Shown here one piece after another: positions 35,450 through 42,931 of a DNA stretch of 64,000 bases (position 1 is its first letter; each line of letters begins with the position of its first letter). Under the pieces are notes generated by a model that saw only the letters and a list, made by a program, of their open reading frames with translations, was not told the DNA's origin and did no database searches. The position numbers and the translations under genes are program-made. Source of the stretch: a virus (taxonomy: Duplodnaviria > Caudoviricetes); IMG/VR virus record IMGVR_UViG_3300033073_001126, positions 2,881-66,880 of that record, one strand, 5' to 3'.

Positions 35450-37722
35450 AATACGGATCAGTATGCAGCGGTATAGAAGCCGCCTCAGTAGCATGGGAGT
35501 CCTTGGGATGGCAAGCCCAATGGTATTCCGAAATAGAACACTTCCCTTCGGCAGTGCTTGCCCACCGATTCCCAACGGTGCCAAACTTGGGAGATATGAC
35601 ACAAATACATAATTCAGAACATTTCAATGGGAACTCAATTGACCTTCTCGTGGGCGGAACCCCCTGCCAAAGTTTCTCAGTCGCCGGCCTCAGAAAAGGA
35701 TTGGACGACACTCGTGGTCAGCTCATGCTCACCTTTTGCGAACTTGCTGCAAGAAAACGGCCTAAGTGGGTCGTCTGGGAAAATGTCCCCGGTGTCCTTT
35801 CAAGCAACAAAGGAGAAGACCTTGCAAGCTTTTTGGGACTCCTCACGGGACGGGAAATTCATCCCCCTGTCGGAGGTTGGAAAAATAGCGGAATCATCGA
35901 AGGAATCGGAAGCGCATACGGAGTCGCCTGGACAGTGCTGGATGCACAGCATTTTGGAGTGGCACAGCGGCGCAGAAGAATCTTTGCTGTCGGATACCTT
36001 GGAGACTGGCGACCTGCCGCAGCGGTATTATTTGAGTCGTACCGCTTGTCAGGGGATATTAAGGAGAGCAGAAAAAAGAGGAAAGCAACTGCCTCAGATG
36101 TTGAAGGAGGCGTTGGAGGCGGTGGCATTCCAAGGGTGAGTGGTTCATTGGATACAGAATGTGGAGGAGGAAAACTCACTCATCAATCTGTTAATAATGG
36201 ACACCTTGTTCCATCTTGGTGGAACGGAGAGCAAACTGCCGCCACATTAACCAAGCAGAATGCCAATGGAGCGCAACGGATGCCAGATAAGGATAATCTT
36301 GGGGCGGTGTTGCAACCATTAACACACGCATTCAAAGTGCGTGGTGGGTCTGAAACAGAAACCGGAGAGCAGGGAGGCACTCCTGGGAAGAAAGCCGGAA
36401 AAGGCTACCTTGGGCCAGATGAACTTGCCTTCACCATTGGCACTACGCAGGATCAACAGATAGCGCAGCCAATTGCAATCCAAGGCAACCTTATCGGAAG
36501 AACTGAAGGAGGCCCACAAGGAATAGGTGTTAGTCAAGAGGGCAATATGTACACTCTTACTAAAGCAGATGTTCACGGAGTGGCACAACCAATTGCGTTT
36601 CAGCAAAACACAAGAGATGAGGTTAGGTACATTAATGGAGATGGGTCTATTGCTGGAGCATTGTCTGCAAGTTCTGGGATGAAACAAACAAATTATGTGG
36701 CGCAACCAGTGCCTTTCCGCAAAGCAAAGAGGGCGCAGAGTAAGGATGACCACGAAACCTGGGAGCAGGATGAGAAGACAAACACTCTGAATGCTTTCGA
36801 TACAGGAGACATCCGAACTACGCAAGCCGTTGTGCAGCCAATTGCGGTGGATTTGTACAACGGAACTATTCAAGGTCAAACTACTTGCACGCTTACAAGC
36901 GAAATGGGTGTAGCAGGGCATAGTGGGCCAAAATTATTGCAACCAATTGCCGTGGATGTGTACAATCAAAGCATATCAGGAAATAAGGTTGGCATAGTTA
37001 GAGAGCAACACGGGACAAATATGAATGCCATATTACAACCAATTGCCGTGGACACTTACAACCAAACAATCAATGAGCATAGTGTTCAAACCATCCGCTC
37101 AGATGGAAATCATACAGACAGAACTGGTGCGGTGTTACATCCAATTGCCGTGGACACTTACAATCAGACTATCAATGAGCATACCACTCAGACCATTAGA
37201 GCAAATAATACTACTGAGCATATTGGGGCGGTGTTGACATCGCAATCTCCAACAATCATTGACAGAGCAGCTTTCAACCAAGGAGAGAATGCTCAGTATG
37301 ACATCAAGATTGAGGAAGGAGAAACAATGCCTTCGCTTGTTGCGAGAGGCCCACACGGAGTTGGGCAACCAAAGCCACCAACAATGGCTATTTTAGGAGG
37401 ACAACACCCAAATGCGGCCATTGGTGAGAATACTTGTCCCACAATAACTAATGCATCAGGCGCAGGAGGCGGACATATTCCTTTAGTTCCTCAACAACCA
37501 ACAATGGCCATCCGAAGACTTACACCAAAAGAATGCGAAAGGCTACAAGGCTTTCCTGATGATTGGACTCTTATCCCTTACCGGAATAAGTCGGAAGAAC
37601 AATGCCCCGATGGGCCAAGGTACAAGGCTTGCGGAAATTCAATGGCAGTTCCCGTGATGCGTTGGATTGGGCAGAGGATTCAAATGGTGGAGGGCATTCT
37701 CAAGGAATTACATAAGGAATAA
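35446..37722 (+). CDS. C5-cytosine DNA methyltransferase with greatly expanded modular variable region
   Basis: Motif I SVCSGIEA, IV GGTPCQSFS, VI WENVPG, VIII QRRRRIF, IX RRLTPKECERLQGFP, X RYKACGNS; about 460 aa of repeats between VIII and IX. Confidence 0.93.
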   Translation: MKYGSVCSGIEAASVAWESLGWQAQWYSEIEHFPSAVLAHRFPTVPNLGDMTQIHNSEHFNGNSIDLLVGGTPCQSFSVAGLRKGLDDTRGQLMLTFCELAARKRPKWVVWENVPGVLSSNKGEDLASFLGLLTGREIHPPVGGWKNSGIIEGIGSAYGVAWTVLDAQHFGVAQRRRRIFAVGYLGDWRPAAAVLFESYRLSGDIKESRKKRKATASDVEGGVGGGGIPRVSGSLDTECGGGKLTHQSVNNGHLVPSWWNGEQTAATLTKQNANGAQRMPDKDNLGAVLQPLTHAFKVRGGSETETGEQGGTPGKKAGKGYLGPDELAFTIGTTQDQQIAQPIAIQGNLIGRTEGGPQGIGVSQEGNMYTLTKADVHGVAQPIAFQQNTRDEVRYINGDGSIAGALSASSGMKQTNYVAQPVPFRKAKRAQSKDDHETWEQDEKTNTLNAFDTGDIRTTQAVVQPIAVDLYNGTIQGQTTCTLTSEMGVAGHSGPKLLQPIAVDVYNQSISGNKVGIVREQHGTNMNAILQPIAVDTYNQTINEHSVQTIRSDGNHTDRTGAVLHPIAVDTYNQTINEHTTQTIRANNTTEHIGAVLTSQSPTIIDRAAFNQGENAQYDIKIEEGETMPSLVARGPHGVGQPKPPTMAILGGQHPNAAIGENTCPTITNASGAGGGHIPLVPQQPTMAIRRLTPKECERLQGFPDDWTLIPYRNKSEEQCPDGPRYKACGNSMAVPVMRWIGQRIQMVEGILKELHKE
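35627..36139 (+). CDS. Overprinted +1-frame ORF, M.EcoHK31I beta-like methyltransferase subunit
   Basis: 170 aa fully inside the MTase gene; C-terminal LLSDTLETGDLPQRYYLS...ILRRAEKRGKQLP resembles the beta polypeptide and the post-motif-VIII segment of monomeric C5 MTases. Confidence 0.7.
   Translation: MGTQLTFSWAEPPAKVSQSPASEKDWTTLVVSSCSPFANLLQENGLSGSSGKMSPVSFQATKEKTLQAFWDSSRDGKFIPLSEVGKIAESSKESEAHTESPGQCWMHSILEWHSGAEESLLSDTLETGDLPQRYYLSRTACQGILRRAEKRGKQLPQMLKEALEAVAFQG
36127..37500 (+). repeat. Array of about 12 in-frame cassettes (roughly 30-50 aa each) in the MTase variable region
   Basis: Junction CCAATTGC (QPIA/HPIA) at 36469, 36589, 36838, 36943, 37039 and 37141, variants at about 36315 and 36706; all spacings are multiples of 3. 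Confidence 0.85.
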
Positions 37723-37761
37723 GATTCTTTTTTGGTGTTGTTAGATTTGTTTTGGAAACGG

Positions 37762-37787
37762 GGGGACTCTTAGTCCCCTCTTTTTTA
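37762..37787. terminator. Terminator between the convergent MTase and endolysin genes
   Basis: GGGGACT-CTT-AGTCCCC followed by TCTTTTTT. Confidence 0.75.
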
Positions 37788-38291
37788 TTTCACCCATCTG
37801 TAAAAACCATTTGCCACTTTGTATTCCCTCATTAGGCATCCTGCCATAGAGCGGTGGCTTTCCCTATCCCCTCTTGCATTTACATTCCCCTCAAAGGACT
37901 TGAAGAACGGCTCTTCTGGGAAGGTTTGGTACACTAAGCCTACATGACCCACCCTGCCGAGAGCCTTGTTAAACACCGTGAACAAGTCCGTTTCTCTGAC
38001 ACTTCCTTTCACGGCCTTGTCAGCCTTCGCCCAGGAGGAGGCCATTCCTCCCACTCCCTTGTACGGGATGCCGCATTTCTTCCACAGGTATATCATTGTG
38101 TAGCTACACCACGCCTGACCCGGCGTTCCCCCTGCATATCTAATGATGCTATCCACCCGTGGCCCTCTGTTGTTTACAGGGCCTTCCCGTGTGCCAATAA
38201 GTTTTCTTGCTTGTTCCTTTATGCAGCTTATTTGAGCGACACAAGAGCCGCTATAAGCAAGTGCAATCCATAGGAGAATAATGCGAGCCAT
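37785..38291 (-). CDS. CHAP/NlpC-type peptidoglycan hydrolase (endolysin) with N-terminal signal sequence
   Basis: AWCSY (catalytic Cys), GHVGLV (His), EGN; hydrophobic N-terminus. Confidence 0.8.
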   Translation of the reverse strand: MARIILLWIALAYSGSCVAQISCIKEQARKLIGTREGPVNNRGPRVDSIIRYAGGTPGQAWCSYTMIYLWKKCGIPYKGVGGMASSWAKADKAVKGSVRETDLFTVFNKALGRVGHVGLVYQTFPEEPFFKSFEGNVNARGDRESHRSMAGCLMREYKVANGFYRWVK

Positions 38292-38596
38292 AGTGTTTGG
38301 AAGTGATTGTCCTTAACAATATTGCTACGCAGCTTCCCGTTGGCTCTGTCCCCGAAGACAGCCTTGAAGAGGGAAGGAGTGTTGATGCGGAAGCCCAGCG
38401 TTCCAATCACCACCACCATGTAGTACCGGGAAGGCACGGACAGCATATCCACATACCGCCCGATAGGGTACAAAGCCGCAGCCTCATCGTGAAGCCATAC
38501 GCTGATGTAATTGTACAGGAGGAGGAATCCGAAATAGTACACCGGAGCGAGCAGCCCTTCGTGCCACTCCACCAAAAAGTCTTTTACTTTACTCAT
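38228..38596 (-). CDS. Putative holin (multi-TM)
   Basis: 122 aa, three hydrophobic segments, directly upstream of the endolysin. Confidence 0.55.
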   Translation of the reverse strand: MSKVKDFLVEWHEGLLAPVYYFGFLLLYNYISVWLHDEAAALYPIGRYVDMLSVPSRYYMVVVIGTLGFRINTPSLFKAVFGDRANGKLRSNIVKDNHFQTLWLALFSYGLHLLIAALVSLK

Positions 38597-38718
38597 TTCC
38601 CTTGTCCTCTATATTTCTTTGGCTTGCTATCTTTCGGGCCGTAGTTTTTCTGATGCTTGCCCTCCCGGCGTTTGCCGAAGGTTATTTTCGCAGATGATTC
38701 TGATTTCCCCTTTTTCAT
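38593..38718 (-). CDS. Small basic protein, 41 aa
   Basis: Manual translation MKKGKSESSAKITFGKRREGKHQKNYGPKDSKPKKYRGQGK; ATGA overlaps on both sides. Confidence 0.65.
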   Translation of the reverse strand: MKKGKSESSAKITFGKRREGKHQKNYGPKDSKPKKYRGQGK

Positions 38719-38888
38719 TTCCCTTTCATTTCTTGTAAGCCTTTTACATACCCATCCACAATGTGATGGTTGCCGCTTTTGATGTGTTCTTTCACCCAGG
38801 GAGCCATGTTCTTAGGGATGATTGCCATGTATCCCTTGGAGGTGCGAATCAAAAGCTCGCCTCCTTCCGCTTCAATATGCTTAGGCAT
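38715..38888 (-). CDS. Small protein, 57 aa, with EAEGGEL motif
   Basis: Manual translation MPKHIEAEGGELLIRTSKGYMAIIPKNMAPWVKEHIKSGNHHIVDGYVKGLQEMKGK. Confidence 0.65.
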   Translation of the reverse strand: MPKHIEAEGGELLIRTSKGYMAIIPKNMAPWVKEHIKSGNHHIVDGYVKGLQEMKGK

Positions 38889-39963
38889 TGATTCCGTAGT
38901 TTCTTAAATAGTTATGGGCATCGGCAGCATAAACGGGCTGTTGCTGGAATTGTATAGGCCCGGATGCTCCTATGTAATTATTCACGCCATCCATAGTGGT
39001 CATGCCTGTGCTCCTCCTGGGAGACGCACTACCATCAAGCTCCTCGCCAAGCTGCTTGTAGCTACGCATCATTGCGGGGCTTGTGTAAGGTGTAATGGCT
39101 CTGATGGCTTCCTGTGTTGGCCCAAGGTTCAGGGGTTGCTGTGGCTGCCCTACAGATTGGAGAGCAGAGGATGCGCCCTGAATCATTGGATTGAATTTTG
39201 TTATCTTCTCGGAACCTTCAGCTAAGTTATTGAACTTGGTCAACTTTGCCGCCTTGTTTGTCAGCTTTGCAGCCTTCGCTGTTTCTTCTGCCGCTTTCGC
39301 TGTGTCGCCAGCCTGTTCGGCTTTTTTAGCCGCTTCTGTGGCAGCCTTAGCCCCCTCTGTGGCTGACTTGATTCCTTCGCCATACCCTGCATTCCCAACG
39401 GCTAACCCAGCTACACTACCCGCAAGAGGGAGATATGTGCCTACCCCTTGAGCAAATTTGCTATTAGGAGAGCCTTGGCCTACGCCAGCCCCCACCCCTT
39501 TTGCGCCTTGCTGAATTGCTGTTCCGGTGGTTGCGCCCCCCGAAAGGATGCCTCCCGTAATGGCTCCCGCTGCTGTGCCATATCCACGGATGGAGTTCTG
39601 CTCACGGATTTCATCTTCGGTGCTGCCACCAGCCTTCTGTAAAGCCTCGTAGCCAAGGTCTGTGAGCTGGTCTGTTGCGCCCATAGTAAGCGTGTCCAAC
39701 AGCCCTTCTCCAACTCCATATGCACCTGCGCCAATATCTTTCCATATCCTTCCGTTCTTGGCAATTACATCAGGCTTTTCGTTTGGGGCATGGATGTGAC
39801 GAACCTGGCCGCCTTCCACCAATATATCAATGCCGCCATCTTTGTGCGACCGCCCCCGAAACTCTTTCACTATCTCCCACTTCCCGCCAGACATAGGCTT
39901 CTCGTCCCCCATTTTCAATGGCATCCGGGAAGAGGCAATGGATTGTGGTTTCAAGTGCATCAT
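38881..39963 (-). CDS. Putative internal virion / ejection protein
   Basis: GRSHKDGGI..VEGG motif, long Gly/Ala-rich hydrophobic stretch, Ala/Lys coiled segment. Confidence 0.55.
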   Translation of the reverse strand: MMHLKPQSIASSRMPLKMGDEKPMSGGKWEIVKEFRGRSHKDGGIDILVEGGQVRHIHAPNEKPDVIAKNGRIWKDIGAGAYGVGEGLLDTLTMGATDQLTDLGYEALQKAGGSTEDEIREQNSIRGYGTAAGAITGGILSGGATTGTAIQQGAKGVGAGVGQGSPNSKFAQGVGTYLPLAGSVAGLAVGNAGYGEGIKSATEGAKAATEAAKKAEQAGDTAKAAEETAKAAKLTNKAAKLTKFNNLAEGSEKITKFNPMIQGASSALQSVGQPQQPLNLGPTQEAIRAITPYTSPAMMRSYKQLGEELDGSASPRRSTGMTTMDGVNNYIGASGPIQFQQQPVYAADAHNYLRNYGINA

Positions 39964-39975
39964 ATTGCAAATATA
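39961..39975 (-). promoter_or_regulatory. -7 element directly before ATG (TATATTTG-CAAT-ATG)
   Basis: Exact TAnnTTTG-N4-ATG on the minus strand. Confidence 0.65.
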
Positions 39976-39976
39976 A

Positions 39977-40564
39977 TCATTCAGACAACACGGATTTCAG
40001 TCCGGTGATTGTGCCATCCGGATTGGTCATAAAGGCATTCGTAACAAGCGGCCTCTTCTGCCACAGCTTCCACCAATGCTCTCTCTTCCCTTTGCTCACC
40101 ACTATGCGGACGGTGTCAGTGATGGACAGGCTGCCCATAATGGAATCGCCGTTTGTGTAGAGCGTTCCTTGTGGTGTATAATACACCCGCTCGGTATTGT
40201 TGTAGATGATGGTGTCCCTGCCGATGGCATTCACGGGAATTGTGTAGCGGCTATTTATTTGGGCATAGGACTTCAGCCCATTGATGCGTACATCGAAGCG
40301 TTCCTTCAATGCTTTCATCTCGCCTTTCAATATTTTCTCTGCTTGCTCTTGGCTCAGAATGATTGCCGTTGTTTTGGCATTCATTTGGCCGATGGCATTC
40401 CGGGTGGTGTCCACGGAAACCTGAAGGGCAGTAGAAAGGCCAGAGATGTCTCTCCCCAGCCTTTCATTTTGCTTCCGCATTCTATCGTTATCTAACAGGA
40501 GAAGGACTAATAGAAGCAGGAACAAGCCCTTAAAAAGTAAATCATTCAATACCATCGCTATCAA
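39977..40564 (-). CDS. Putative spanin-like membrane protein (DUF6549-like)
   Basis: N-terminal TM helix, coiled coil, beta-rich C-terminus with KREHWWKLWQKR; near the lysis genes. Confidence 0.5.
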   Translation of the reverse strand: MIAMVLNDLLFKGLFLLLLVLLLLDNDRMRKQNERLGRDISGLSTALQVSVDTTRNAIGQMNAKTTAIILSQEQAEKILKGEMKALKERFDVRINGLKSYAQINSRYTIPVNAIGRDTIIYNNTERVYYTPQGTLYTNGDSIMGSLSITDTVRIVVSKGKREHWWKLWQKRPLVTNAFMTNPDGTITGLKSVLSE

Positions 40565-40793
40565 GCGTAGGCTTATTCCAACTCTTTACGAGAGCAACGA
40601 TCCGAAGCACCCCATACACCACCATTACAATGTTAAGGAGGAATTTAGCGAATGGATTCCATCCTTCAGCCACCTGGCTCATCCAACTATGCAACGGCTC
40701 GTAGAAGGCAAAGTACATCACAAGCGGAGTGTCCTTTGCTATCTCAAGCATAGTGGCTTTTATTTCAAGGATTTCTTGGATTGTCGTTCTCAT
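40542..40793 (-). CDS. Small membrane protein (holin/antiholin-like)
   Basis: Start ATG 40793 (MRTTIQEI); C-terminal TM segment. Confidence 0.45.
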   Translation of the reverse strand: MRTTIQEILEIKATMLEIAKDTPLVMYFAFYEPLHSWMSQVAEGWNPFAKFLLNIVMVVYGVLRIVALVKSWNKPTLDSDGIE

Positions 40794-40795
40794 TA

Positions 40796-41221
40796 TTAGA
40801 AGTCTGGTTTGTATTCGTAAAAGGGAGAGAGTGCCTCCGACATAACTTCCCAAGGATTCTGCTTGAGGAAATCGGCAGGAAGTGCCATTGCTAATTCATA
40901 ATAGTTGAGAGGCTTGAAATCAGAAGGCAGGCTCACCTCCGAATTCAACAGTTCTTTGTATGCTTTGCGGAATCCTTTCTCCCCTTCGGCAGTCCATTGG
41001 AAGTTCCCCTTCTCGTCCCGGACAATCTTCTGCCCTTCTTTGTAGCAGAAATCCAGACGAAGGTCTTCCGTATTCTCCTCCAATTGCTCCAAGAGGGGAG
41101 CAAATTTCTTAATGAGACGAGATAGATGCGCCACCGGCATAAGGTTGGCGGCATCGTTCACCCTGCCCATCATCTCACTAAATGAGCGGAGGGTAAGCAG
41201 TTGTTTGAATGTAATAGACAT
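40796..41221 (-). CDS. Hypothetical helical protein (possible tail-fibre assembly factor)
   Basis: 141 aa coiled-coil-like protein downstream of the fibre genes; function is positional. Confidence 0.45.
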   Translation of the reverse strand: MSITFKQLLTLRSFSEMMGRVNDAANLMPVAHLSRLIKKFAPLLEQLEENTEDLRLDFCYKEGQKIVRDEKGNFQWTAEGEKGFRKAYKELLNSEVSLPSDFKPLNYYELAMALPADFLKQNPWEVMSEALSPFYEYKPDF

Positions 41222-41228
41222 AATATAT

Positions 41229-41447
41229 TTATTTATTACGCAAATATAGTGAGTCTATGGCATTCATTATACTATCCTGCTTCATAGAAATGTGAGCCTG
41301 ACGGAGGAGTAAGTTGTAGTTGTATTCCCTCACCTCATTCAGTTTCTCATCCACCCTGGAGACAAATGCGTAGTTGCTGTAGGTAGCCCATCCAAGGAAT
41401 CCCAGAAGGATGAACAACAGCGCAGCATCGTCTCTGTCAAAGGTCAT
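41229..41447 (-). CDS. Small membrane-anchored protein
   Basis: 72 aa, N-terminal TM helix. Confidence 0.55.
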   Translation of the reverse strand: MTFDRDDAALLFILLGFLGWATYSNYAFVSRVDEKLNEVREYNYNLLLRQAHISMKQDSIMNAIDSLYLRNK

Positions 41448-41677
41448 TTCCGTGTGAACTTAACGGCTTTTGAAGCAACGGACTTCTTCCCTACGCAGCC
41501 CCACGCTTTGCGGGAGAGGGTATTTGCACAAGGAGGATTCTTGCAAGGTTTGATCCCGCTGCTTCTCGCACAATAATTGTCTCCCTTTGGAGTGCCAGGA
41601 GCAATGCTGTAACCTTTCGCTCCGAAGGAACGGGTTTTGCCATTGATGGTGGCTGTGTATTTCTTATCCCCTTTCAT
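41444..41677 (-). CDS. Small basic Cys-containing phage protein
   Basis: RSFGAKGY...NYCARSSGI...ANTLSRKAWGC, a pattern recalled from aquatic phages. Confidence 0.7.
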   Translation of the reverse strand: MKGDKKYTATINGKTRSFGAKGYSIAPGTPKGDNYCARSSGIKPCKNPPCANTLSRKAWGCVGKKSVASKAVKFTRK

Positions 41678-41679
41678 TG

Positions 41680-42069
41680 TCAGAATGTGTTAAACTTACC
41701 TTCGGCATCTGCCCAATAAATCTTGCTCACAACAAAGTCTTGAATAACTATTGGCTGATTCCATTTAGCCATATAGAAATCGTATTCACCTATGGTTCCT
41801 GGAGTGCCGCAGGGAACAATCGTTCCTGTAGCATCCACGCAAGTGTCATTGGTTGCGAGCAGGCTTACATACATTGCTCCTGGAGAAATAGGAATCTCCG
41901 TGCCGTTGATGAAAGCCCATAGGCGGTATTTCATCTTGATGTAATACCCATATTCAGGATCGCATTCGATGTCAAGCCCTGCCCAGCTTACCCACCTTTC
42001 CATTTCGGGGATGGATGGCTGATTGCTGATTTGGTAGAGGGTGTACCCGTTGTATTGTTGTGTAGGCAT
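41680..42069 (-). CDS. Hypothetical tail-region protein
   Basis: 129 aa in the fibre cluster. Confidence 0.55.
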   Translation of the reverse strand: MPTQQYNGYTLYQISNQPSIPEMERWVSWAGLDIECDPEYGYYIKMKYRLWAFINGTEIPISPGAMYVSLLATNDTCVDATGTIVPCGTPGTIGEYDFYMAKWNQPIVIQDFVVSKIYWADAEGKFNTF

Positions 42070-42073
42070 AATA

Positions 42074-42931
42074 TTAAACTTGTCTTCCTAATGCGATTTG
42101 ATAGGTTTGCACAAGATTGTATAAATCAAGTGCTTGTTGCGCTGTCAGCCCCGCTCCCATAGAAACAAATGCAAGCCGTCCATTGGATGCGGCGAGAGAG
42201 CCATTCCTGTTAAGCAGATATACGCTGACCGTGGGAGCTGCCGTGGCGGCAGAAGATGTAGCAACACTTAGGCCGTTTCTATAAAATGTGCTGCTGCTTG
42301 AACTATTACGGACGGGGCAATAAAACCCAGAAGCGTTTGTTCCGGCAGACATATAGGAAGCATTTGCAAGGTTTGGGTTACCAAACAAGGGGTTGCCTCC
42401 AGTACTCAGCCTTCCAAGCTGATATGCCTGCGCTCCGCTGCCTGAATATGCACCCATTACGATGGTTCCGTTCCCGGTAGGCGCAATGTTTAGGTAGGCA
42501 GAGAAATGCACACTGCTTGTGCTTGCAGGGCTTGTGCTTGGCGTGTAAAATGTATTGCCGTAATTACCAGCCGTAGCGGCAGTATTCTGCACACCATTTT
42601 CGCTGTATGTAATAGCCGCCCCTGTCCATGTTATTCTATACGCAGCATCAGTGTCGGCCACATTCTTTAGATTCCATTTCTGAGCCGCTCCTGTTGTGCC
42701 GCCAAGGAAGGGATAGATGGCATCGCACAAATCCCAAAGCCCTTCCCCTACCAGCCCCCATGTGAGGTTGTTGAGGGCATCCACCCTTGCTCTGCTTGGG
42801 CTATAGCCATTAGCCACCTGTGCATTTACATAGGCCATCACATTGGGGTGCAATGCCTGCGGGAATAATCCCAAGGTTACATCACCAACAGTGACGGTTC
42901 CTGCGCTTCCCCCAAGTGCTGTGTACGGCAT
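42074..42931 (-). CDS. Putative tail / receptor-binding protein with LamG (ConA-like) domain
   Basis: GLWDLCDAIYPFLGG...KWNLKN, STFYRNG and AFVSMGAGLT patterns; 285 aa. Confidence 0.6.
   Translation of the reverse strand: MPYTALGGSAGTVTVGDVTLGLFPQALHPNVMAYVNAQVANGYSPSRARVDALNNLTWGLVGEGLWDLCDAIYPFLGGTTGAAQKWNLKNVADTDAAYRITWTGAAITYSENGVQNTAATAGNYGNTFYTPSTSPASTSSVHFSAYLNIAPTGNGTIVMGAYSGSGAQAYQLGRLSTGGNPLFGNPNLANASYMSAGTNASGFYCPVRNSSSSSTFYRNGLSVATSSAATAAPTVSVYLLNRNGSLAASNGRLAFVSMGAGLTAQQALDLYNLVQTYQIALGRQV

Noticed and set aside
36127-37500. CRISPR array or DGR variable repeats in the MTase gene
   Set aside because: The repeats are short, in frame and protein-coding; there is no cas or reverse transcriptase gene and no adenine-specific template/variable repeat pair.
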